This document shows, piece after piece, positions 1-11,812 of a DNA stretch of 64,000 nucleotides. Origin of the DNA: Squalus acanthias (Eukaryota). The first letter of the stretch is position 1, and the number at the start of each line of letters is the position of its first letter. The notes under the pieces are model-generated. The model saw only the letters and a list, made by a program, of their open reading frames with translations, did not search any database and was not told where the DNA came from. The DNA lies in the NCBI GenBank assembly GCA_030390025.1, contig CM059431.1, positions 115,446,001 through 115,510,000 on the forward strand. The letters run 5' to 3'. The position numbers and the translations under genes are program-made.

Positions 1-732
1 ACGTGTCACTTGATATGCAAATCAAGTGCCAAATCGATAAAGAAGGAATTATGCTAATTTTTTCAATTATATATTTCAGTTATATATTTGTTGGTCCTCA
101 CAATAAAATCCTACACTCTAAACAGATGGGACAATCTACCTCTCTGATAGTTAGGGTATGACACTGCTGTATTAAGTCGCAAGGAAAGGATTATAATTTG
201 TATCATTTTTGTACAAAACTTGGGGGTAAAAATTCAGTTGGTTGCGCCTCCCGTTAGCGCCTTAAGAGGGCGCTAATGGGGCGCAAAGCCGCTAACACCC
301 GGGCGCAGCGATGTTTGCGCCGCTCGGGAACTTAACTTGAGATTGTGCGGCGGCGCTAAAACTTACCGCTGCGACCACCTGCGCGCGCAGATTGTGACGT
401 CATTCCATGGTGCAACGCCCTTGTGGCGCCCCGGAGCGGAAATTGAGTGGCGCCCCCTGCCTTACCGCCTGGCGCTTCCAACGACCGGAAGACTGGAACA
501 CTATCAATCGCTGTGGGGCTGGGGGGGCGCTATTTAAAGGGGGCCTCTTCCTGTCTTTTTCTGTGGTCGACATTTTTGCACCACTCGTTCTGAGAGAGAG
601 AGAGAGATTCGGAGAGAGAGAAAGAGAGACTTCTACATTGACTCAACGCTTTGTGAGGTAGTTTTGCCTATTGATCCTAACTTCGCTGGTACTTTAGTTG
701 CTGTCCTTCATTACTTTGCTTGCAAAGAGAAT

Positions 733-1893
733 ATGGGGGCTGCACTGATTGGGGGCGTCGTCCTGCTCCAGCTGAATCGGAGGATACAGAGACGCAGAGA
801 GAGAGTGGCAATGATGGCCAGACGGAGGAGGGCCATCAGGCGTATGTACAGGAGAGCTTACCCTCCCAGGGTATATCGTGAACAGCTCTCCTACATCCAT
901 ATGTCTGAGGAGCTGTGTTTGCGAAGGCTGCGATTCAGCAAGGAGGTGGTCACTGAGCTCTGCCACCTGCTGCAGCCAGATCTGCAGCCTCAACTGAGGT
1001 CCAGGACGTCTCTGTCGGTGGCAGTGAAGGTCACAGTGGCTCTCAACTTTTACGCTACTGGCTCATTTCAAGCTGCTGCTGGGGACCTCGCCAATATCTC
1101 CCAGTTCGCGGTGCATTGCTGCATCCGGCAGGTCACAAATGCCCTCTTTAAAAGGAGACGAGAGTTCATCTCTTTCCCCATGACCCCAGACAAGCAGCGT
1201 GACCGCGCTCTGGGCTTTGCGAGGGTAGCGGGCTTCCCCATGGTGCAGGGCGCCATTGACTGCACGCATGTGGCTTTGCGTGCTCCGCATGAGAATGCCG
1301 AGGATTTCAGGAACAGAAAGGGGTTCCATTCCTTGAATGTTCAGTTGGTCTGTGACCACAGACAGCTGATACTCACTGTCAATGCCCAGTATCCTGGCAG
1401 CTGCCACGATGCTTTTATCCTGCGCCAGACTACTGTGGCAGAACTTTTCGAGGCACCGCATCAGCCAGTTGGTTGGCTTCTGGGGGACAAGGGGTATGCA
1501 TTGAGCACCTGGCTGATGACACCGCTCCGTACGCCCAACACCCCTGCTGAGCTGCGGTACAATGAGAGCCATCAAGCTACCAGGAACATAATTGAGCGCA
1601 CAATCGGCGTGCTGAAGCAACGGTTCCGCTGTCTCGACCATTCTGGAGGAGCCCTGCAGTACTCGCCTGAGCGAGTATCGAACTTCGTAGTCGTGTGCTG
1701 CATGTTGCATAACATGGCAATCCTCAGGACCCAGCCAATGCCACCAGGCCTTGGAGCACCACCAGAGGAGGAGGAGGAAGAGGAGGAAGAGGACGAGGAG
1801 GATGATCATCAGCAGCACCAAGGCGGGAGGGCAGCCCACAATGGTCAAACTGCAAGGGCCGTCCGTCAACGGCTAATAGCAAGCCGCTTCTAG
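733..1893 (+). CDS. Harbinger transposase (HARBI1-like DDE_Tnp_4 nuclease), 386 aa from first ATG
   Basis: Uninterrupted ORF with GAIDCTH, GSCHDA, LLGDKGY and IERTIGVLKQRFRCL motifs, N-terminal LRFSKE..ELC region, and acidic C-terminal tract. The ORF track starts at TTG 664; first ATG is 733. Confidence 0.93.
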   Translation: MGAALIGGVVLLQLNRRIQRRRERVAMMARRRRAIRRMYRRAYPPRVYREQLSYIHMSEELCLRRLRFSKEVVTELCHLLQPDLQPQLRSRTSLSVAVKVTVALNFYATGSFQAAAGDLANISQFAVHCCIRQVTNALFKRRREFISFPMTPDKQRDRALGFARVAGFPMVQGAIDCTHVALRAPHENAEDFRNRKGFHSLNVQLVCDHRQLILTVNAQYPGSCHDAFILRQTTVAELFEAPHQPVGWLLGDKGYALSTWLMTPLRTPNTPAELRYNESHQATRNIIERTIGVLKQRFRCLDHSGGALQYSPERVSNFVVVCCMLHNMAILRTQPMPPGLGAPPEEEEEEEEEDEEDDHQQHQGGRAAHNGQTARAVRQRLIASRF

Positions 1894-2187
1894 GGCCCCT
1901 GCCATTGCTAACAACATTAATGAACCCAGCACGCAACCCCTAAGCCGGCCAAGGCACCAATAATTCCAACCACCAACCATGTATATTTTGAATACAGAAA
2001 CTTATTTATTTTACAAACTCTGTGTGTGTCAATTCCTCATGACAAACTCATAGAAATAAACACAAAAAAACAGTCAATAACATAACTGGTTCTCACAACC
2101 TGGAGATAATGTCCAAAACACTAAACAAAAGTTGGACCATGAACCTCGACCTTTAATAAAAAAATGACCAGCATTTTGTCACACCTC

Positions 2188-4010
2188 CTACTTTTTGCTC
2201 TTCGAGGGTGATCTCCTTCCCTTGCGCACTTCCCCCCTTCTAACCCTACTGCTCCTCCGTAATGGGACCTCAGTGGCTGCAGCAAGGCTGGTGGAAGGCT
2301 GCTGCTCGTCAGACCCTGACACTGCAGATGCCCCTGAAGGACGGCCTCGACCACTTCTGGGCCTGGAGGGCCCGGCTGCAGACTGCACCAACTCTGCATG
2401 GGCGGCAGCAGTCTGTCCTACAGGCGGTGGCAAGTGCAGTGGAGAAGTGACAGTGTTGGCAGCAGGAATGCTGTCATCGTGAGAGAGGACAGCAACTCCC
2501 TGCTCGCCCGACACACTGGCACTCCCACGGGGCAGCACTTCAGCATCCGGAGCAATCTGCCGGAGAACAGATTGCTGGCCTGCTGCGGCGCGGTGACAGC
2601 CCCGGGGACATGTGCACGAACCATCGAGGTTGGCAGCAGTCTGTGCTCGCGTGGCCTCAATCTGAGTCTGTATGAGAGCAGTCAGAGATGGGATCACGGC
2701 AGCCAGTGACTGAATTGCAGCACTAAGCGTTAGTGTGGCATCCGCCTGTGCTACAGCGAAGTGCTCCACACTCCTTGCCAGTGACTCAATGCATTCGGGC
2801 ACCCTTCCCACTGCACCCATGAGCTCAGTGTGCATGCCCACCGCCTGGGTGTTCATTTCTGCGATCAGCCGCTCCTCCTCTGCGTCCATTGCAGTAGGAG
2901 TGTCTGGCATACTCTCCCTCTGGGGAGAAGGCCCCCGTTCTTCCCTACCGCCCCCATGGCATTGCTGCAGCCCGCTGGGTCCTGGAGCTTCACCCTCATC
3001 AGACCCTTCCCCCCTGCTCCCCTCCAGGGAAGGCGTGTTCCCAGTGTGGGCATGGGCTTCCTCGGGAGAGGGTGGCACTGATGCTCCGGCTTCCTCTTCC
3101 TCCTCAGCTGCAGCATCACTCCCAGTGGCAGCTTCAGGGCCCGTCTCCTCAGCTGGTGAATCACCATCTGAAAGCAGGGAGGTACAAGAGTGGCTTTAGC
3201 GTGAGGACAGGGTGGCAGTAAGGGAGGAATAAGTGCAGCGAGTTAGCAAGTTGGATTGAAAGTGTCAAAGGCTGGTGTTGTGAGGGACAAGTGGAAGGAC
3301 AGAGGACAAAAAGGTGATGACCTTACCATTGCTGTCCAGAACGGGGTCGGCGTCTCCAGTGGCGACGGGACCGATCACCCGGCTTGCCACAATCCTGTGG
3401 ACGCGCTCCTCAAGATCGCTGAGGGGTTGCAGCTGAGGCCGCCCTCCACCTGTCCGTTGCTGCTGTCTCCGATTATGCGCCAGCTTGGCCTGTAAGAAAA
3501 AGGACAGCATCTGAGTAAATATACAGCCATGGTCTTGCCTGATGTGCCTCCCATAGGTGAATAGCCCTTACTGTATGCAGCCATGGTCTTGCCTGATGTG
3601 CCTCCCATAGGTGAATAGCCCTTACTGTATGCAAAGTGTGGAATGTGTGTGTGTGTTTCATGAAAGGGCCATAGGTGTTGGATGAGTGTTGTGCATTGGG
3701 GTTTTAAGACCCTCTGGCCATAGAGTGAGGTTGAGATGGAGGGATGGAGAGGTATTGAGAAAAAGCCACTCACCCTGACGACCCGAGTGAGGTCGTTGAA
3801 CTTTTTGCGGCATTGAGTATGGGTCCTGGGCACCATGCTCCTGGAGGAGACGCTCTGAGCCACCTCCCTCCACACTCTTCTGAACTCGCGTGGCAAAGGC
3901 CTCCTGCCACTCTCAGGGAAGAGCATACATCTTCTGCGCTCCACCGCGCCAACCAGAGCATCCAAGGCCCGCTCGGTGAAGCGATGAGCGCGTTCTCTCA
4001 CCATCTCCAT
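2188..4010 (-). CDS. Harbinger Myb/SANT-like (NAIF1/MSANTD-type) DNA-binding protein; 3 exons 4010-3774, 3489-3327, 3167-2188; 459 aa
   Basis: Exon 1 encodes RFTERALDALV...WREVAQSV..S..PRTHTQCRKKFNDL. Donors GTGAGT and GTAAGG, acceptors TTACAG and TTTCAG. 237+163+980=1380 nt, in frame with no internal stop. Confidence 0.85.
3524..3633. repeat. 54-bp tandem duplication in intron 1 of the Myb-like gene
   Basis: cagccatggtcttgcctgatgtgcctcccataggtgaatagcccttactgtatg present twice, identical. Confidence 0.95.
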
Positions 4011-4685
4011 CCTTGGCAGCAAAATGGATTCACAGGTCTCTCCAGGCCGAGATTCAAGGCTGCAATGAGCAGGGTGTGGCTGGGGAGCAAGTTGGCCCCC
4101 CCCGCTTTAAGAAGTGGCCGGCGCCAGTGTGTCTGTGTTCCCTCGCTAACTGGCAGCAGCTGCGCTGTGCTCGCGCGCTAAGTTAGCGCCTCACTCCTTG
4201 TCCTTTGCGCCTTAAGACAGGTGTGCAGCGCCTGATTTAGCGCTCCACTCACCTCCCTGGGCGGTAAAAGTGAAGTTTCCAGTCAGTGCCGATAATTAGC
4301 GCCAGGCGCTAATATTTGCGTCCAGACGATATTTGCGCCCCAAATGGGGCGCGACCTAATTTTTACCCCATAGTATTTTATTCCTATAGCCATTAAAAAA
4401 AAGAATAGGAACTGTTAGGCAAAATAGTAATTTTTACAGGTATGTTTAAAATTGTAAGAAAAACTGTTAGTTAAAACAGAAAGGGGGCTAAATTCGATAG
4501 CCCCTGAAAACAGACGCGGGGACCGTGTTGCACGATGCGCGATTAACCTGCGCCTGTTCAATGTGACGCAAGCAGCACGCCAACTTCGTGCTGCCTGCTG
4601 ATTAACATGATTGCAGCATGCAGCCAACGCTGTTGATTGGCTGAATGCGTCAGCCGGGGGGCCCCAAAAGCGTGAGCGGCTAGCA

Positions 4686-6554
4686 CAGGGGTGGGCAATT
4701 ATTTGGGCTGGGGGGGCCACTTAACAAGTTTTGGTGAGCTGTTGAGGGCCTCACACAAAATGAATTGTGTGAACAACAGCTACCACTAAAATTTGTTGTG
4801 GCATTTACAGTATAAAGAACCCTTCATGTCGTTTCCACACTTAATAAAATTAACAACACTTATTAACATGCTAACGAACATGATACAGGTTTAGTCAAAA
4901 ACTTAACAAACCCCAGCGAGGCCCAAATCACGCACAAGTACTGTTACCCAGAGAGACGCTTTTGTTAGTCACATGTGCCTTGGGACATTTTACTACATTA
5001 AAGGCACCATATGAATGCAAGTTGTTGTTGTTGTAGCTTCAACTAGATCCAATGATAACCCAAGTACTGCTTGTACCAACTACTACATGGACTACTGCAT
5101 GTAACGCCTGGCAGTCTGACACATCTCCTGCATCCATAGGATCCATTTTTTAGCTTGTCTTTTTTTGTCTGTCTGCAATAATTCAAGGTCACACCTGGCC
5201 AGTGGGAACTGCCTGAATCTAACGATGTCGCAGAGATGAGGTCCTTGACTTATCTCCTGAATCCAGAAACGCCTAAATCTCGGAAATCTTTTTTGAAAAA
5301 AAAAAACGCCGATTTGAGGTGAGGTGTAGGGAATCCAGCCTTCTCCTCCCAAACCTCCTATCCTCTCGCTTACTGAGAGCAATAGCACAGGAGATTCACT
5401 TCCTTAAACATGGACAACACCACCAGCGATCAACTAGTATATAATGGCCCAGAAATTGATCTCGCTCTGTTCCCGCGGGGGTAAGCCTTCCCCGCGATGT
5501 CTCACCTCGCTTATGCTTTTTCTGATCCAGCTCGCACGAACTTGATGTTCCAGACATCAGCTGTGCTGGGCTTGCGTATCCCAGCGGCGTAGTTAATTCG
5601 TGCGAGCTGTGGGATCACGTGACTCAGTTAGAGCCAATGGCAGCACACCATCTACCATTCATAAGTCTCACAGCATGGCTGTGAGACTTATGAATCTTAC
5701 ACCCCCCCAAAATAACAGCTAAACCTCAATTAAATTTTTTTAAAAAACCATCACATTAATAAAATAAGTATAGTTAATTAAATTAACCATTTTAAATAAA
5801 AAATTAAATTTTTGAAAAAATTTAAAATCTTTTAAAAAGTTATAAAAATAAACTTACCTGTCTTTAAAGTCTCTAAAAAAGATATACCTGTAAAAAAAAA
5901 TTCAAAAAAATACTTAATTCACTACTTACCTTCTTAAAAGCGGGTCTTGCTCCTCCTTTTTACATTTCCAAAATCTTCCCTACTTACCTGCGCGTCCACA
6001 GCATGAAGTGCACAGCGTGCGCGCAGCCTGTAGCGCGCACGCGATGCACGCAGGCCCCGCCCCCTTTTCAGAAGAGCAATTGCCGGTTTTCAGCGCATGC
6101 GCAGGGCATGCAGAAAACCGGCAATTGGAGTGGGAATACGCGAGAGTACGCACTGCGTACTCTCGCGCACCGGGATCAATTTTCGGCCCATTCAGTCTTG
6201 TCCTGTGTGTAGTGCACATCACACTCTGAGTGTGTCCCGACCACAAATAATAACAGGATACACTTTTATGAGCGGCTCAAATTTCCCATGAAGTGTCATA
6301 AAACACTTTGCCATCATCCACTTACTTCACTGGTTCTTACCACACCTCTCAGAAACGTTAACTCGGCTAAGTCTCGGAGCCCACGCTCCCGCCCCCGATT
6401 CGCACATGCGCAAATCGCGCATATTTCTTGCGTATGTGCACGGCGTATTTTTTTTTTAAATCGGGAGATTTAGGCATTCCATTCCGAACCACTGCACGGG
6501 CCGGATTGAATCAATTGGCGGGACAACCCGCGGGCCGTATTTTGCCCACTGCTG
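4686..6554. mobile_element. Non-autonomous hAT (Charlie-like) element
   Basis: TIRs CAGGGGTGGGCAA and TTGCCCACTGCTG; perfect 8-bp TSD GGCTAGCA (4678-4685 and 6555-6562). Confidence 0.88.
5446..6189. mobile_element. Harbinger-type MITE nested in the hAT element
   Basis: TIRs GGCCCAGAAATTGATC and GATCAATTTTCGGCCC; flanks AAT/ATT; AT-rich core and internal palindromes; related to 38511-39236. Confidence 0.72.
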
Positions 6555-6666
6555 GGCTAGCACCAGTTAAAGCTAGCCTGCACCTTTTAAAGGGGAGGTG
6601 CATTGTAGCTGGAGAAGGTGCTGGAAATCGTTATGCAACTGATTCTGATCTGGGAAACACTCAATA

Positions 6667-8491
6667 ATGGCACAACATGGGAGAGAGCATGTTCCAAGGT
6701 TTTCCGACGCTGCACTGGAGGCTTTGGTGGAGGAGGTGGAAAGGAGGAGAGATGGGCTGTATCTACAGGGGGCCGGGAGGCCCTCCAGACAAACTTTGTG
6801 AAGGCAGTGGGAGCAGATAGCCATGGCGGTCAATGCCAGGAGTCAATCCCCGAGGACCTGGATGCAGTGCCGTAAGAAGTTCAATGACCTCACATGAGTG
6901 GCAAGGTCAGCGAATGCATCTTCAAACACCATATCCCACCAACTGCACCACTAGCCTCAGCCACTGCTCAATGCTCTACACCCCCATCACTCACCTACCA
7001 ACAATCTTTATCAATCAAGACTCATACCTAACATTCATAGCTTCACCTCACCCTCACACATTTAGCACTGCTGCAAACCTCACATCCACATCTCACAGCT
7101 TGCACACATTGCCAGCTATTTAACCATGACAGCCACATAACCCAAACAGATTGCACCACACTCTCTGGCACACTTCCCTCTCTCTTGCAGGACAAGGTGG
7201 CACACAACCGGAGACAGCAGGAGCTAATGGTGGGGGAACAGGCTTGCCTGCATCTCCTAACCCACATGGAGGAGATGGTGCTGGCTATTATTGGGACAGC
7301 CATTGGTGAGGCCATGGCTAAAGGTGGGGCAGAAAACCATAGAAGATGAGGGTATCCTTATACCTAATCCTGCTTCTCACATCCCACTTCCCCCTCATCC
7401 CACAATCTCATCTGATTTACAAGCTGCCGATGGTATAAGCATGTACCTCCTGCTTTCCCCTGCTCCCTTCACCACATCCTTGTACCTTTCTCCTTTCAGA
7501 TACCCAGCAACTGCAACCTGGCCAGGCAGTGGAGGAAGAGCAGGAAGATAGTGAAGATGAAGACACACTGTCACTCAATTTAACACTCACAGCCACCAGC
7601 TCAGATACTGACACTGCGCATCATTTAGAGGTTAGCATAGAGGTGAGATCTGCACATGGTGAGACACCGGGCACAAGTAGATTGCAGCCAGAGCAGGAGT
7701 AAGGATAGCGCAGGGCCAGCTCGCCAGAGAGCGAGGTCGCACACAAGTTCTGCTGTAGAGGACTCAGATGAGCACTTCAATGGGGCGGCTACAGAAGAAC
7801 GCTGATGGGAATGCACAATAAAATGCTTGGTGCATTGGGAAGCCTGCCAGAAAGCCTGCGTGCAATGTCAAGGAGCATGGAGGAGTCCGGCACAAACTTA
7901 GCACAGGGCTTTGCACAGAGCTTGGAGCCCATCCTTTCCAGCATGGAAGTGGTGGCCAACTCCATTAGCACACTTGTGGACTCAACCATGATGCAGCTTC
8001 TGATGGTCAATGTCTCAACTTCCGTTGCAGCACAAGCAGCAGCCACCCAATGTCTGAGTGCTGCAGGGAAGCTTAGTGTTCAAAGGGGCTTACAGGGTGT
8101 CACAGCAGTCCAGAATCTGTCCTCGAACAGATTACTAGGATTGCTGAGGCACCGCCCCGGGGGAATGGAGCACAAACCTGTTGTCCTCGCTCAGGGTGAC
8201 AGCATTCGTCCTCCCACCACTGCCACTCAGCCAGTGCCCTTGCTGTTGCCTGTCAACCAGCCAGCCCAGACTGCTGCTGCCCATGCCGAGATGGTTCATT
8301 CTGCAGTCGGGCCTTCTAGGCCCCGAGCTGCTCAAGGTCATCCTCTAAGTCCATCTGCAATCTCCTCCACTGGAAGTCAGCAGCCTTCCACCAGCCATGC
8401 TGCAGCCACTGGGGTAGCACTGCGTAGGAGCACTAGGACAGGCAAAGGCACTCTGAAGGCAGACACTAAGGAAATGCACAAGGGTGATTAG
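6667..8491 (+). pseudogene. Myb-like gene of Harbinger B, disrupted
   Basis: MAQHGRE..PRFSDAALEALVEEVERR...W..IAMAVNARS..PRTWMQCRKKFNDL with a frameshift and stops. Intron positions match family A (acceptors near 7190 and 7499). The C-terminal ORF 7805-8491 is similar to 2188-3078. Confidence 0.82.
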
Positions 8492-8669
8492 TTGACGTTT
8501 GTATGCAATATGGCATGATTTGATTTATAAATTTAGGTTGAAATGTTTATTTTATGTTGGCTTTTATTTTTGCATTGTGACCAAGCGGATGCTATGATGA
8601 TCAGTGACAGAGGGAAGGTCAGGTGTGGGACTGCTGATGAATGGGGAATTGGGGTTGTGGTTACTGGTA

Positions 8670-9556
8670 TCACACTCGGATGAGTTCTTCACGGACAGAA
8701 AGGGGCTGTCTAGGTTGCCTGCTCCCTTCCTCTTCCACCTCTTGCTCCTCCTCTTCTTCCTCTTCCTGCTCCTCAGCTGCTCGCCGTATAGCTGGTGGCA
8801 AGGGCTGTGCCCTCATGATGGTGAGGCTGTGCTGCATGCAGCAGACCACCCCGAGTCTTGATACTCACTCTGCCAAGTACTGTGGGGCTCCTCCAGAGCG
8901 GACCAGGCAGCGAAAGCATTGTTTCAGCACACCAATGGTCTGCTCTGTCACATTTCTTGTGACTGCATGGCTTTTATTGTATGCATGCTGTGCATGTGTG
9001 CGTGGGTTGTACACCGAAGTCATCAGCCATGTTATCAGTGGATAGACCGTGTTGCCCAGTAGCCACCCTTTGGATTGCCATGGTGGCTCAAATGCAGATG
9101 GCACAGCGGACTGCCGCAGAATGAAGGCATCATGACTGCTGCCAGGATATCAGGCACTGACCTGCATGATTCGCTGCCTATGGTCGCACACCAGCTGGAC
9201 ATTGAGGGAGTGGAATCCCTTTCGGTCCCGATACATGGCAGAGTTGACATGCAGCACCCGCAAAGCGATGTGCGTGCAGTCAATGGCACCCTGCACCACG
9301 GGGAAGCCTACAATCCTTGCAAGGCCGTGTGCTCGCTCTGCCTGATGCTCTCTGGCAAGAGAGAATGAAATGTAGTTAGCTCTCTTTGAATAGAGAGCCT
9401 CAGTGACCTCCCTTACACAACAGTGGACGACAAACTGCGAGATGTTATAAATATCTCCAGCTCCAGCCTGGAAGGATCCAGACGCATAAAAGTTCATCGC
9501 CATGGTCACCTTCACAGCCACTGGCAATGCGGTCCTTGACCTGCTCTAAGGTTGCA
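8670..9556 (-). pseudogene. Harbinger B transposase, 5'-deleted and frameshifted
   Basis: VAVKVTMAMNFYASGSFQ, GAIDCTH, RKGFHSLNVQLVCDH and EQTIGVLKQCFRCL split across ORFs 9150-9527 and 8865-9104. Confidence 0.88.
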
Positions 9557-10344
9557 GAGGGGGAAGTGGGATGTGATCTGCCTGCTCTGCATACTTCCGG
9601 CGGGCGTTCACTGCACACGTGCTAATGCCCTCACCAGCATGGCATCCAGTGTGATTCATTCCAAAAGTGCATGTGTGCTGCGGACGTCATTTTGAGCTCC
9701 AAGGGCACTCGTAGCGCCCAAAAAACAGGCCCTACAGATCTGAATTTTGCACCGAGAGAGTGATAATGTGGTGTGTTAGCTTTGGTTTGTAAAATACGGA
9801 TAAATATAGATTTTTATATTATATATAATATCTGTGATTTTTGAATTCCTGAGAAAATCCTTATTTTCTAAATAATCTGTCCATTTGACATTTTAGCTAT
9901 CAGTGATGGTCTCTCAGTGAAGGTCTGCCTCAATGAGACCAGTTTTATGGTTGAACAAGAGCAGTTATTTTTAATCACACCCAGCTGACTTCTGTGCCTA
10001 ATTGTCAGAAAGAGACAGACAGAGAGAGCTAGAGCCTGTAAACCAAAAAAAAAATGACAAAATAGCTACAGAAACACAATGCAAAGCATACTCGTGGAAG
10101 GCCAAATGGTCATCTTTATAATGCAAAGTTGCAAGTGTTTTCGCCCCCTATGACACATGCACAGATTTTATTTCTTTAGGTAACTATGGTATGTGAAGAG
10201 AACAAATGCATTTCTTTATGTATGTACCTGCAGTGGGTGAGAAAACCACTATGGGGTAAGACGTTATGATTTAATGCTCCTGATGCACAGGTTTGCACAA
10301 TTCCGGCATGGAAACTAATGGGTCCAATTCATCCCCTCCATAAT

Positions 10345-10580
10345 ATCCCCGGTGTCCTGGGCCAATATCTATCCCTCAACCAACATCACTGAAACAGATT
10401 ATCTGGTCATTATCACATTGCTGTTTGTGGAAGCTTGCTGTGCACAAATTGGCTGCCGCGTTTCCCACATTACAACAGTGACTACACTTCAACAAAAAAG
10501 TACTTCATTGGCTGTAAAGCGCTTTGGGACGTCCGGTGGTCGTGAAAGACGCTATATAAATGCAAGTCTATCTTTCTTTT
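10345..10580 (+). mobile_element. 5'-truncated SacSINE/DeuSINE-like SINE
   Basis: Matches the 3' half of 42306-42771; ends gctatataaatgcaagtct(ttc)n. Confidence 0.8.
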
Positions 10581-11812
10581 TATTCCATCCATTGAAAATA
10601 ACGGATGTAAAATTGGGTGAGACTCGAATCTGGTGCCCTGAACTCATCACCCAAATTTATATGTGTTCCCCTCACTCAAAGCTTTGTACCAGGATCAGTC
10701 AAAAATCACTTCCCTGCCTCTGAGCGCAACTCTCACAAATCTCTTTGCAGATTCTTTCAGCAGACACATGCACCCTTCCCTTCATTGGACTGTAACACCA
10801 AAGATGTAAATCTTTTTGGTTGCATCAAGCTCACAGGCAGGACCACAGGTTTATGGGAACCAAATAGAGTAGATTTTCAGGTACTGGTGAAGTTTAGTCT
10901 CGAATGGCTAAGATCTGGTGCAAATCTAACCACAAGTGCAGGGCACACCATTTTCTGAGGTCATAATTGGGTCAACATTTTCAGAACTGTTCTGAGCTCC
11001 CAGTGAAGCTTTCACCTTGTGCAGGAAGCTGGCCCAATGAGGTGAGTGGAAAATCATGATGTAGGGGAGTTAAAGAGTTGCAGCCTTTTAAAGAGAACTG
11101 GCTGCATGGGACAAAATTTTCCAAACCATTTAATAAGGGTCAAAAGGCATTTCAACCCATGTGCGGCCTTTGGCAAGGTTGAAATGGGAGTGGGCAAAAA
11201 TAAGGTGAAAGTAAGCCTAATGTGGAGAAATAACACAGTCTGGGGGTAAATAACAGTGAAGTCCAGCACTTGATCCCTTGTCCCACGACTGGCAAAGTGG
11301 CTGCTATGCTGCATGAACTGGGTGCCAGAAGGGTTGGCCTATTTGGTACTCGAGGGTATCCTCTTCATAGGACTGCAGTGCAGCATGACTGCAATATGTT
11401 TGAGACCTTCATGACTGAAGCCACTGGCCATATCATTCCTACGGTGGAGTTTGGCTATAGGGCAGATTGCAGCATGCAGCACAACTCTGCTCTATGGTGA
11501 ATTGAAGCTTATGTAATCTCAGACAAATGCATGTAAGTGTGCCTCTGCCTATGTTTGTAGCTGGGAGGAGAATGGCCATTGCTCCTCCTCTTCCTCCAGT
11601 GGGATTTGCAATAGGAAAAGCCATTGACCACATTTCAAAGACCACAGCAGATTATGCCTGTGCCAGAATATGTGGAACAATGCCTTTGGAACAAGTAAGT
11701 GGAAAAATAATTAGGGGAAGTTGCCAAGCAATCTTGGATGCTCAATATACATAGATTACCGGCACGGACTCGATGGGCCGAATGGCCTCCTTCGGTGCCG
11801 TTATGACTTTAT

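Larger units (their letters stand above)
223..4369 (+). mobile_element. Autonomous PIF/Harbinger DNA transposon (family A), apparently intact
   Basis: 12-bp perfect TIRs GGGGTAAAAATT (223-234) and AATTTTTACCCC (4358-4369); GC-rich subterminal regions; convergent DDE transposase and Myb-like genes. Flanks TTG/ATA do not form a perfect TSD. Confidence 0.93.
4484..9753 (-). mobile_element. Decayed Harbinger transposon (family B) with nested insertions
   Basis: Imperfect TIRs GGGGCTAAATTC and GAATTTTGCACC; flanks AAG/GAG; Myb remnant on + and transposase remnant on -. The left end matches the reverse complement of 21556-21720. Confidence 0.8.

Noticed and set aside
1063..1869. 268-aa antisense ORF with hydrophobic N-terminus
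   Set aside because: Shadow of the transposase; the hydrophobic run is the reverse complement of the GAG-rich acidic tract.
733..1893. Domesticated host HARBI1/NAIF1 genes
   Set aside because: The genes lie between TIRs and have related non-autonomous copies nearby, so they are transposon genes.
3375..4022. 215-aa unspliced ORF
   Set aside because: Reads through a strong GTGAGT donor into intron 1, including the 54-bp duplication; the spliced model fits better.
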